NCBI GenBank assembly: GCA_043808405.1
Contig: JAZDEX010000049.1
Coordinates: forward strand, 1 to 27,536
DNA length: 27,536 nt
From: Candidatus Omnitrophota bacterium
Lineage (GTDB): Bacteria > Omnitrophota > Gorgyraeia > Gygaellales > Profunditerraquicolaceae
Direction of reading: 5' to 3'
Position 1 is the first letter of the stretch. Each line of letters begins with the position of its first letter. The notes below the pieces were generated by a model. The model made no database searches. It was not told the origin of the DNA and worked only from the letters and a program-made list of their open reading frames with translations. Positions 16,975 to 25,398 of the stretch are shown in pieces. A program made the translations under genes and the position numbers.

Positions 16975-18302
16975 AAGCTGTTAAAAATTTTGTGCGGGCG
17001 CGTTTTCCTTGGTTTGGAGTAAATAAAGCGCAAGAAATTACCCGTCTTTTGTATGAGATTTCTAAGAAACATGGGGACGCGTCTATTTTTCATGAAGAAA
17101 AAATAGGGAAAAATAGAAACGTCCCCATGTTATATGCCGGAATAAAGAAATATCTTCTGAGTCAGAGGTTTCCGGAAAGCCTTATGGTTGATCAAAATAT
17201 TCGTCCATATTTACCAAAGATAGAATTAAATAAAGAAGAGCAGCTTGAAATTAAAGTAAAAAAGTTTTATCCCAAGAATATTTTTGTGGAGGATGCGGTT
17301 TGGGAGAGCGCATTGGCTAAACGCCTACGTAATCTTTTTCCTCGAGCGCGTTTTAGCCGAATAGAATCGCTTAAGATTTATGAATGCAGCCATCGCGGGC
17401 TGGGGATTAAAGATTATAATAAGAGGCAGGAGACGGTTTTTGTGGTTTCTGAGACTCAAGATTTCTTTAAGCGCTGCCCTTGCACAAAATCCGCGGTTGG
17501 TTGCGGGTATCATGTATTTAATTTAGGGTTTGGTTGTATTTACGAATGTACATATTGTTTTTTACAGGAATATACCAATGCGCCTGGCATAATCTTGCCG
17601 GCGAATACCGAAAGTTTCTTTAATAATTTCTCTTCATATAAAAGGCAAGGCATGCGTATTGGCACAGGCGAATTTTCGGATTCTTTGGCTTTAGATGATC
17701 TGACCGGGTATTCCTTATCAATAATTGATTTTTTTAGCCGGCATAAAGATGTGAGGTTTGAATTTAAGACTAAGAGTAATAATATCGGTAATTTACTTAA
17801 AAGCAATCATGCGGGAAATATTGTAGTTTCCTGGTCGCTTAATCCGCCTAAAATTATCAGAGAAAATGAATTTTATAGCGCTTCGTTTGCCCAAAGATTG
17901 TCTGCGGCCCAAATTTGCGCTCAAGCCGGATACAAGCTAGGATTTCATTTTGACCCAGTGATTTATTTTGCAGGCTGGGAAAAAGAATATAAAACTTTGA
18001 TTATAGAGCTTTTTAGTAAGATAACACCGCAAGATATTGCTTGGGTTAGCGTGGGGACATTGAGATTCGTCCCGGGTTTGAAGCAAATTATTGAAAAAAG
18101 GTTTTCAAATAATAAAATTCTCAATGCGGAAATGCTTTTGGGCTATGATAATAAGTTAAGATATGCTTACCATGTGCGGTTTAAGATCTACAAGGTAATG
18201 CTTAAGGCGCTTTTAAAGTACTTGCCTAAGCCTAAAGTGTATTTATGTATGGAAGAAGCTCATATGTGGAAGGATTTAGGGCTTGAAGCGAGGCGGATTT
18301 AG
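16941..18302 (+). CDS. radical SAM protein of the spore-photoproduct-lyase (SplB / COG1533) family with a roughly 100-aa N-terminal extension
   Basis: GCIYECTYCFLQ (CxxxCxxC) matches B. subtilis SplB GCMGHCHYCYLQ. AGYKLGFHFDPVIYFAGWEKEYKTLIIELFSKITPQDI matches AGYPLGFIVAPIYIHEGWEEGYRHLFEKLDAALPQDV. It overlaps the upstream gene by 34 nt. Confidence 0.7.
   Translation: MQTYQNEFQRLKAVKNFVRARFPWFGVNKAQEITRLLYEISKKHGDASIFHEEKIGKNRNVPMLYAGIKKYLLSQRFPESLMVDQNIRPYLPKIELNKEEQLEIKVKKFYPKNIFVEDAVWESALAKRLRNLFPRARFSRIESLKIYECSHRGLGIKDYNKRQETVFVVSETQDFFKRCPCTKSAVGCGYHVFNLGFGCIYECTYCFLQEYTNAPGIILPANTESFFNNFSSYKRQGMRIGTGEFSDSLALDDLTGYSLSIIDFFSRHKDVRFEFKTKSNNIGNLLKSNHAGNIVVSWSLNPPKIIRENEFYSASFAQRLSAAQICAQAGYKLGFHFDPVIYFAGWEKEYKTLIIELFSKITPQDIAWVSVGTLRFVPGLKQIIEKRFSNNKILNAEMLLGYDNKLRYAYHVRFKIYKVMLKALLKYLPKPKVYLCMEEAHMWKDLGLEARRI
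17070..17129. repeat. intragenic copy of the GGGGACG/CGTCCCC hairpin repeat (22-nt arms, 2 mismatches)
   Basis: catggggacgcgtctatttttc ... gaaaaatagaaacgtccccatg. The right arm shares aaaaatagaaacg with the 16147-16196 terminator. It encodes ...KHGDASIFHEEKIGKNRNVPM... in frame within the SplB-like N-terminal extension. Confidence 0.5.
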
Positions 18303-18337
18303 GATATAATTAAATAAATAGAGGAGAAAGGATTAAA

Positions 18338-19114
18338 ATGACTTCAAATTCTATAGTAGTGTTTTTGGTTTTTGCGATTATGCCTATCCTTTTGATTATT
18401 TGTCAGAAATTCTTTTCTACTAAGCAGGTCAAAGAAGATCAACAGTATAATACTGAAGAATTGACTGCTAAATTTAAGAATCGGGATACAGCTAATCTTA
18501 TTATAGGCTGGGTTTTGATGGTGATCTCTATGTTTGTTTGGTATCAGGTGTTAATATTTCTGGCTAATCAGCAAAATAAGGCGATTATAGAGGCGAGTAA
18601 GTTTTTTGTTCCTGTGAGTTTTGGTATTTGGGTACTAGTAGCTATGTTTTTAGGTATAGTCAGTGGCGCGGCTTTGGCTTTTATGAGCCAAATCCTACTT
18701 TTGGGTAAGGATTTCCCCTTATATATAAGGTATTATAATATTAAGTACGGCTTTGATGCTTTTGTCATGCTTAAGTTGATGTTGATCGGTGTTAGCGTAA
18801 TTGCTTTTATTGCAAGCATTTTAAGCTTTAATTTCTATTCTAGCTTTACGGGTTCAGGAATTGTTATAGGGAAAATCTTTGGCAAAGTCCAATACGCCTA
18901 TTCTGAGGTTTCTCAGGTAAAATATGTCTTGAAGTTCCGGGCGCCTAATGGTAATATTAAAGAGAATCCGTATTTTGTGATCTATTTTAACGATGGAAGG
19001 AAGTGGAGTTCGCGGGACAGGGGTTACAATTCAGTAACAAAAAATCAAGCCTTGATAGAATTTGTTTTGGGTCAAAGCAATAAATCTCTCACCGAAGTTG
19101 ATTTTGATAGCTGA
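18338..19114 (+). CDS. hypothetical integral membrane protein (258 aa)
   Basis: SD GGAGAAAGGA, 5-6 hydrophobic helices, and a C-terminal soluble segment. No recognised family. Confidence 0.5.
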   Translation: MTSNSIVVFLVFAIMPILLIICQKFFSTKQVKEDQQYNTEELTAKFKNRDTANLIIGWVLMVISMFVWYQVLIFLANQQNKAIIEASKFFVPVSFGIWVLVAMFLGIVSGAALAFMSQILLLGKDFPLYIRYYNIKYGFDAFVMLKLMLIGVSVIAFIASILSFNFYSSFTGSGIVIGKIFGKVQYAYSEVSQVKYVLKFRAPNGNIKENPYFVIYFNDGRKWSSRDRGYNSVTKNQALIEFVLGQSNKSLTEVDFDS

Positions 19115-19153
19115 AAACTTGAGTATCGCCCGAATTAAATCCTAAAATTTAAG

Positions 19154-19708
19154 ATGATTAGAGCAAGATTTGCGATTATAATTTTCGTCGCCGCGTTGTG
19201 TTTGCCGAAAGAGGCTTTTGCTTTTACGAATTCGGTTAGCGACTACCTTTATGAATATGGCGTTGACCGTTATCAAGCCGGGGATATTCCGGACGCTATT
19301 CATGAGTTGAAAAAAGCTTTAATTGCTAATCCCGCGAATGATAAAGCGCGCAGTCTATTGAATAAAATTACTCCTTCTAATGTCATAACTACTCAAGTTA
19401 AAATAAATTCAAGCCCGGTTGCAGATGCTGGTAAAAATATGGTTTGCTGCGCGGGCCGGCCTTCTTTATTTGACGGCTCAAATTCTAAAGATGCTGATGG
19501 GGATAAATTAACTTACTTCTGGGATTTTGGTGACGGTACTTCGACGCAAGGCAGTAAAGTTACGCATACATATAATAAGGCAGGGCAATATATGGTTACT
19601 TTAACAGTGAGGGATGGTTTTGGGCCAGGTAGTTTAGCTGCTAAAAGCTCATTTACGGCTATTGTTCATGAAAAGCCGGAGGCAGTGATAAAAATTAGAG
19701 AGAAATAG
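19154..19708 (+). CDS. secreted PKD-domain protein (signal peptide, a TPR-like helix pair, one PKD domain)
   Basis: Signal peptide MIRARFAIIIFVAALCLPKEAFA and the PKD signature TYFWDFGDGTSTQGSKVTHTYNKAGQYMVTLTVRD. The C-terminal roughly 95 aa are paralogous to the C-terminus of the next gene. Confidence 0.7.
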   Translation: MIRARFAIIIFVAALCLPKEAFAFTNSVSDYLYEYGVDRYQAGDIPDAIHELKKALIANPANDKARSLLNKITPSNVITTQVKINSSPVADAGKNMVCCAGRPSLFDGSNSKDADGDKLTYFWDFGDGTSTQGSKVTHTYNKAGQYMVTLTVRDGFGPGSLAAKSSFTAIVHEKPEAVIKIREK

Positions 19709-19717
19709 GAGGAGCAA

Positions 19718-22198
19718 ATGGTACGCAAGGTTATATTAATTTTGGCGATGTTATGTGTTTCGGGTATTTCAGGTTTTGCGCTGGATATTCCCAAAGAGGA
19801 TGCGCGCATAAAATATTTTTATGTTTTTGGGCCACAAGGTAATACTGACTACGGCGCAGAAAGCAATAGTGAAATAAAATTTTATATTGATGTGCCCGAG
19901 ACGGAATCTGGAGATTTAAGTATTTATATTTATGACCCGGATACTAGCGCTAAAGTTGATTATTATGGCGGCGAGTATTCTTGGGATACTGTAACTGATT
20001 TTTCTGTTTATGGCGCGGGCGATAATTTATTAACTCAAAAAACTTTTGGTGTGGATGATTACGATGGTAAATATTTTCTTTTGGGCCAGTACGCGAAAGA
20101 AAAAGGCACGAAACTAGGCGGTTTTTATAGGTTTGTGTTGGATGTAAAGGCAACCCAGGGGCATAATGCTAATTTGTTTAACTTAAGGATCTCTCCGGAT
20201 AGCGCGGAGGTGTTTAGTAATAATATTACTTTCCGTCTTTTGGCGCATGAAGGCGATAAGATGTATTTATATCCTGAAATTCCGGCGGGAATTAGAAATT
20301 TGATCGTTGAGAATTACGATATGGATGTGAATGGCGGCTCAAGTGAGTTGGTTGACCCGCAAACAGGGATTAGCTATCCGATAAGCGATTCAAAGACTGG
20401 GCAGTGGGCGAAGACGATTGTGCCGTTATCTAGCAATCAACCGCGCCGCTTGCAATATGTAATAACCAAGAAATTACAGAAAGAAGCAAACGCCGGAGTG
20501 CGCTTTAGCGACGATAACGATAATGCTTTACCGATTTATTTTAAATCTGGTAAGGCTCAAGTTATGCCTCTAGCAGCGCCGGCGCCTATAAAGCTGGTTG
20601 AGACAAAAAATGCTATGGTTGTCTGTAATAAATTTGTTTTTGATGCTACGGATTCGCACGCCGCGGATAATAGTAAAATTAGTTATCTATGGGATTTCGG
20701 CGACGGCACGACGAGTGTTGAGCCAGTAGTTGAGCATTTTTATGAAAAGCCGGGTAATTATAATGTTATTTTAAAGGTGCAGGATGAGTCGGGATTAGCG
20801 TGTAATAATTCTATTTCGGAGAAAGCAGTTAGGGTAAATGGCGCGCCTGTTGCCGCGTTTTCCGCGGGCAGTGAATTGGTTTGCATTAATCAGGATATTG
20901 TTTTTGATGCCAGCGCCTCGACTGATGACGTTTTAGAAAAGTTAACTTATGCTTGGGATTTTGGCGACGGGACGCGCTCAACTGAGAAGCAGGCAACAAA
21001 GTCTTATAAAGATGCCGGGGATTATAGGGTTGTGTTAACTGTTAATGATAACGAAGGTACGCCTTGCAGCGTGTCTTTTGCGCAAAAAATAATTAATGTT
21101 AAGGCGCAGCCGGTAATTGGCAAGCTTAAAGATATTAATATTTGTTTTGCCCCGGGCGAGGCGTATAAAGTTCTACTTGATTATGATGAAAGCAAGTTTG
21201 CCTGTAATAAAGATTATACTTACACCTGGGATTTTGGTGACGGAGAAACGGCAACAGGCAGCGCGGTTCCCCATACTTATAAAAAAGGCGGGAAGTATCA
21301 GGCTAAGCTGACGGTTAATGACGGTTTGGGCCTAGCTTGCTCAAGCGCGACGGAGAATTTTATGGTTAATTTAAACCGTCCGCCGGTGGCTAGGGCTAAA
21401 TGCAATGCTTTAGCCTGTGTGGGCGAGGAAGTGAATTTTGACGGGTCTAATTCCTTAGTCGAAGAAGGGGATAATTTGACTTATTCCTGGGATTTTGGCG
21501 ACGGGACAAGCGCGCAAAAAGGGGTTAAGGTAGCGCATACCTATAATAAGGGTGGTAATTATAAAGCGGTCTTGACTGTTGATAATGGTATGGGCGGCAA
21601 TTGTTCTTCGACTACGGATACTTTAAGCGTGGTGGTTAATTCCGGGCCCAAAGCAAAGTTAGGCGCGTTAAATACGGTTTGTTTGGGCAAAGAAATACAG
21701 GTTGATGCTTCGGGGTCAGCTGATCCGGATAATGATAATTTGACTTACGTTTGGGATTTTGGCGATGGGACGGTTAAGGCTGGCGCGGCGAAAGAAACGC
21801 ATCTTTATCAAAAAGGCGGGATGTATACAATTAAAGTAACGGTTGACGATGGCAAGGGCACGCCGTGCTCTCAGAATAGCGCGAGTGAGCAGGCCAAAAT
21901 TAATACGCCGCCGGTTGCCGACACCGGGAAAAATATGATTTGCTGTGTTGAGGTGAATTCTATATTTGACGCATCGGCATCTAGTGATGCGGATGGCGAT
22001 ACATTGACTTATGCCTGGGATCTGGGCGACGGCAGTAAAGCTAAGGGCGCTAAAGTAACCCATAGATATACGAAAGCAGGAATATATACCATAACCTTGA
22101 CTGTAGATGATAATTCTGGTACTGTGTGTTCAAGTGCAACCAGTTCTTTTACAGCCACAGTGCATGAGAAGCCGGTGTCGATAATAAAGGTAAGATAA
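19718..22198 (+). CDS. large secreted multi-PKD-repeat protein (826 aa) with a roughly 280-aa N-terminal domain of unknown function
   Basis: SD AGGAGG and a signal peptide. Six W/Y-DFGDGT PKD signatures (SYLWDFGDGT, TYAWDFGDGT, TYTWDFGDGE, TYSWDFGDGT, TYVWDFGDGT, TYAWDLGDGS). The C-terminal module ...TATVHEKPVSIIKVR is shared with 19154-19708. Confidence 0.85.
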   Translation: MVRKVILILAMLCVSGISGFALDIPKEDARIKYFYVFGPQGNTDYGAESNSEIKFYIDVPETESGDLSIYIYDPDTSAKVDYYGGEYSWDTVTDFSVYGAGDNLLTQKTFGVDDYDGKYFLLGQYAKEKGTKLGGFYRFVLDVKATQGHNANLFNLRISPDSAEVFSNNITFRLLAHEGDKMYLYPEIPAGIRNLIVENYDMDVNGGSSELVDPQTGISYPISDSKTGQWAKTIVPLSSNQPRRLQYVITKKLQKEANAGVRFSDDNDNALPIYFKSGKAQVMPLAAPAPIKLVETKNAMVVCNKFVFDATDSHAADNSKISYLWDFGDGTTSVEPVVEHFYEKPGNYNVILKVQDESGLACNNSISEKAVRVNGAPVAAFSAGSELVCINQDIVFDASASTDDVLEKLTYAWDFGDGTRSTEKQATKSYKDAGDYRVVLTVNDNEGTPCSVSFAQKIINVKAQPVIGKLKDINICFAPGEAYKVLLDYDESKFACNKDYTYTWDFGDGETATGSAVPHTYKKGGKYQAKLTVNDGLGLACSSATENFMVNLNRPPVARAKCNALACVGEEVNFDGSNSLVEEGDNLTYSWDFGDGTSAQKGVKVAHTYNKGGNYKAVLTVDNGMGGNCSSTTDTLSVVVNSGPKAKLGALNTVCLGKEIQVDASGSADPDNDNLTYVWDFGDGTVKAGAAKETHLYQKGGMYTIKVTVDDGKGTPCSQNSASEQAKINTPPVADTGKNMICCVEVNSIFDASASSDADGDTLTYAWDLGDGSKAKGAKVTHRYTKAGIYTITLTVDDNSGTVCSSATSSFTATVHEKPVSIIKVR

Positions 22199-22211
22199 AG
22201 CCGGAGGGTAA

Positions 22212-22319
22212 ATGTTTGAAAGAATCTTGAAGCACAAGTATTTCTTTCATATTTTGGTGATTATTAGCGTTATAACTGTGACGATTTTTTTTATTGTTTT
22301 TAGCGGAACATCGAATTAA
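22212..22319 (+). CDS. small hydrophobic peptide (35 aa, single TM)
   Basis: GGAGGG SD 4 nt upstream. Translates to MFERILKHKYFFHILVIISVITVTIFFIVFSGTSN. Followed directly by a terminator hairpin. Confidence 0.3.
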   Translation: MFERILKHKYFFHILVIISVITVTIFFIVFSGTSN

Positions 22320-22324
22320 AAAAT

Positions 22325-22378
22325 AGGGGACGAATCTGTAGTTTTCTAAAAACTATAGAAGCGTCCCCTGGTTTTTAG
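22325..22378 (+). terminator. hairpin-family palindrome / intrinsic terminator
   Basis: 21-nt arms aggggacgaatctgtagtttt / aaaactatagaagcgtcccct (3 mismatches), a 3-nt loop, then ggTTTTTag. Confidence 0.55.
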
Positions 22379-22394
22379 AATAGGGGGAGGCTAA

Positions 22395-23129
22395 ATGCGC
22401 GGGAAAACATTTATTTTAATATTGGGTATAGTTTTATTGATAGGCGGATGCGCGGGCGTTGGGGTTAGGACTAATCAGCGATTTGCTAGTTATTTTCAAG
22501 GGCAAGAGAAAACAGTTACGCTTATGCCGATTGAAATAAAATTTTATAAACTTACTGCTGGTGGAGTGCAGGAGCAGATGGATGAATGGGATATTCAGTC
22601 TGATATGTTATTTGAAAGCGCGATTATGGAGAAAATAGACCCTTCGCCGAAAGTAAAAATTAATAAATTAGGTGAAAATAGCATAAGCCCGGATTTTAAA
22701 GAATTTTTAGATGAAGAAAACGGGCTTTATAGGGCTATAGCAGCTAGTGTGATCTCGCATACGTATTTGGAGGGCAGTATTTTTCCTAATAAATTGAAAT
22801 CATTTGATTATACGCTGGGCCCTGATTTAGCGCGTTTTAATGATTTTGTCCCTACGGATGCTTTGCTTTTTATTAGCGGCACCAGGACTTATTGGACGGG
22901 AGGCAGGATGTTTTTGGCGGCCTGCGGAATTTTGGCAGGCGCGGCTACTGGCGTTACTATTATTCCTGGAGGCGTACCGGATTGGGTTTCGGTTTCTCTG
23001 GTCGACGCAAAGACAGGCGATATTATATGGTTTAAGCACATGGGGCCGCCTTATTTTACCGTAGGTGATTTAAGGAACGCGGAAGTTGTTGCCAGTACAG
23101 TGGATTATCTTTTTAAAGACCTAAAATAA
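22395..23129 (+). CDS. lipoprotein, hypothetical (244 aa)
   Basis: Lipobox LIGGC after a signal peptide, SD GGGGGAGG. Gly/Ala-rich hydrophobic C-terminal segment. Confidence 0.55.
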   Translation: MRGKTFILILGIVLLIGGCAGVGVRTNQRFASYFQGQEKTVTLMPIEIKFYKLTAGGVQEQMDEWDIQSDMLFESAIMEKIDPSPKVKINKLGENSISPDFKEFLDEENGLYRAIAASVISHTYLEGSIFPNKLKSFDYTLGPDLARFNDFVPTDALLFISGTRTYWTGGRMFLAACGILAGAATGVTIIPGGVPDWVSVSLVDAKTGDIIWFKHMGPPYFTVGDLRNAEVVASTVDYLFKDLK

Positions 23130-23132
23130 TAT

Positions 23133-24359
23133 ATGAATAATTGTAAGTTTATATTTCATTCAATTTTAATATGCATGGTTTGTTTTCTTTGTTCATGCGA
23201 GACGCTCAATGTTAATTCTATCGGCACAGAGAAACAATTTACTAAGGAAGATGATGAGGCGCGTATTTGGCAAAGATGTAAAGAGGAAGAAGATATTATT
23301 TACGAAAGCGGGACGATCTACAATAACGCCCGGCTTAATGAGTATCTTAATGGATTGGTTAAGAAAATTATCCCGCAGGAAGTTTCGGATTCTGGTGTTA
23401 GCGTCGAGGTTTTTGTATTGAGGAGCCCGATAATCAATGCTGGGGTGTATCCTAACGGAGTTATGTATATTAATATGGGATTGCTCGCGGATTTAGATAA
23501 CGAAGCCGAGCTTGTTTATGTTCTGGGGCATGAGCTTACGCATTTTATAGGCCGGCATACCCTTAAGCAATTCCGGAATCTGAAAAATAAATCCGCGTTT
23601 TTCGCGACTCTTTCAATTGCTACGGCATCGGCATCAGGGGCAGTAGGAGCTCCGGTAGATTTATCATCGTTATCGGTTTTTACTTTTATATCATCAATAA
23701 GCAGTTATTCACGGGATATGGAGCGCCGGGCGGATGAAGGTGGTTTTAATATTCTTTTGAACAATAATTATGCCCCGCAGGAGTCTGTGAAAGCGATTGA
23801 AATTTTTGAGACAGATTTAAAAGGGGATAAAGTTAAAACTAAAATTCCGTATGTGTTTATGGACCATCCGACTAATCAGAAAAGGCTTAAAGTGTTGAAA
23901 CAATTGTGCAGTGAGAATGAAAGCGCGCTAGAGGATGGCAATAGAATTACCGGAGCCAGGGAATATCAAATGATGGTTAAGGGGCTTCTTTTGGATACGG
24001 CTGGCCTTGATATAAAAGTGGGGCGTTTTCATGCGGCTCAGAGGCTTACGAATAAATATTTGTTAAGCTCACCGCAAGACGCACGGGCTTATTATTATCT
24101 TGGAGAGGTATTTTCAAATAGAAAAGATAAGGGCGACGAAGCCCTTGCGATAGCGAATTATAAAAAGGCAATTGAATTGGACGAGAGTTTTCCTTTGGCC
24201 CATCGTGAGTTAGGGCTTATTTATTATAAAAATAATTCTTATAAAGAAGCTTTTAAAGAGTTTAATAGGTATTTATCTATTCTTCCTGACGCGGAAGATA
24301 AAAAATATATCGATATATATTTGGAGAAATTAAAAAAGGAGAAGTGCGATGAGAATTAA
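23133..24359 (+). CDS. M48-family zinc metallopeptidase with C-terminal TPR repeats (BepA/YfgC-like)
   Basis: HExxH in YVLGHELTHFIGRH. The C-terminal region is TPR-like (AYYYLGEVFS..., AIANYKKAIELDESFPLAHRELGLIYYKNNSYKEAFKEF). N-terminal signal/lipobox-like segment. Confidence 0.7.
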   Translation: MNNCKFIFHSILICMVCFLCSCETLNVNSIGTEKQFTKEDDEARIWQRCKEEEDIIYESGTIYNNARLNEYLNGLVKKIIPQEVSDSGVSVEVFVLRSPIINAGVYPNGVMYINMGLLADLDNEAELVYVLGHELTHFIGRHTLKQFRNLKNKSAFFATLSIATASASGAVGAPVDLSSLSVFTFISSISSYSRDMERRADEGGFNILLNNNYAPQESVKAIEIFETDLKGDKVKTKIPYVFMDHPTNQKRLKVLKQLCSENESALEDGNRITGAREYQMMVKGLLLDTAGLDIKVGRFHAAQRLTNKYLLSSPQDARAYYYLGEVFSNRKDKGDEALAIANYKKAIELDESFPLAHRELGLIYYKNNSYKEAFKEFNRYLSILPDAEDKKYIDIYLEKLKKEKCDEN

Positions 24360-24903
24360 GTTTTTCGTTGTTTTGTCTTTAGTTTTTTTTATTTGCGGAT
24401 GCGCTGCTTGGCAGCTGGTTAAAACTCCTACTAAATGGGCGTCAAGCGAACTTGGGGCTATTCTGCCTGAAGGCTGGATGCGCCTTAATTATTCTCCGGA
24501 TTTATTATTCTTAACAAAAGATGGCGAAATGCTGCAAAGGATCCGCATTTATCGCTACGCATTAAATAAAGATAAAGAGTTGCCTATTACTAAAAAAGAA
24601 TTTAGCGAAGATATGCTGCCCCAGGATATAGCTGAACTTATAGTTAATGAAGCCAGCGTAGATCAAAACAAGCAGAATTTTCAGTTAGCGGATAATGTTC
24701 CGGTTGGTATAAATGGCAAGGAGGGTTTTAAGATTACTTATGCTTATAACACTGTTGAGAAGTTAAAAGTGAAATCTGTTTTATATGGTTTTAGGTATAA
24801 AAAATTTATTTATTTGATACAATATGAAGCAGCCGCGCAGTATTATTTTGATAAAGATATAAATGTGTTTAATCAGTTTGTTAGTGATGTTACGGTTAAA
24901 TAA
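24349..24903 (+). CDS. lipoprotein, hypothetical (184 aa)
   Basis: Signal peptide with FICGC lipobox. Overlaps the upstream gene by 11 nt. Confidence 0.5.
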   Translation: MRIKFFVVLSLVFFICGCAAWQLVKTPTKWASSELGAILPEGWMRLNYSPDLLFLTKDGEMLQRIRIYRYALNKDKELPITKKEFSEDMLPQDIAELIVNEASVDQNKQNFQLADNVPVGINGKEGFKITYAYNTVEKLKVKSVLYGFRYKKFIYLIQYEAAAQYYFDKDINVFNQFVSDVTVK

Positions 24904-24923
24904 TATAAGCTTTGGGGGGAGAA

Positions 24924-25187
24924 ATGAAAAAATCGCTTGGCGCAAAAACAATAGTTTTTCCCACGCCGGTTTTTATTGTGGGGACTTATGATGCAGCTGG
25001 AAAACCTAATGCGGCGGCGGTAGCTTGGGGCGGGATATGTTGTTCGGATCCGGCGTGTGTGAGTATTTCTTTGCGGGAGGCGACCTATACTTACGGTAAT
25101 ATTATAGAAAGAAAAGCTTTTACGATAAGTATTCCGTCGGAAAAATATTTAAAAGAAGCGGATTATTGCGGGGTTGTTTCGGAATAA
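24924..25187 (+). pseudogene. truncated flavin reductase-like (FMN-binding split-barrel) fragment
   Basis: The N-terminal roughly 85 aa resemble the flavin_reduct family ([29 protein letters not shown]...ADYCGVVS). The reading frame stops where full-length homologues (roughly 160-190 aa) continue into the SGRD... region. Start at the ATG at 24924 with SD GGGGGGAG. Confidence 0.45.
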
Positions 25188-25277
25188 AAAAGATACAGAC
25201 AGTTTCTCGCCCAATCGGGAAAGTGTCTTGTGTTTAAGATGGAGAGTGTCTTTTAAAATATTTTAGCGGGGTACACT

Positions 25278-25312
25278 AAAGGGGAATAACTTAATAGTTA
25301 TTCCCCTTTTTA
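25278..25312. terminator. perfect palindrome aaaggggaataact-taat-agttattcccctttt (bidirectional terminator-like)
   Basis: 14-bp stem flanked by A-run/T-run on both sides. Sits between the truncated gene and the DUF1016 gene. Confidence 0.5.
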
Positions 25313-25398
25313 TTTTAAGAATTTATGTTAGATTTTGCTTTTTTGCGCATCTATTAGAGTAGGAGAATATATTAATAATGCGCAAAAAAGGAGGAAAA

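Noticed and set aside
21117-21311. 64-aa ORF inside the PKD-repeat gene; also 21716-22063 - (115 aa) and 19950-20153 -
   Set aside because: Embedded alternative-frame or antisense ORFs within a strongly supported 826-aa CDS.
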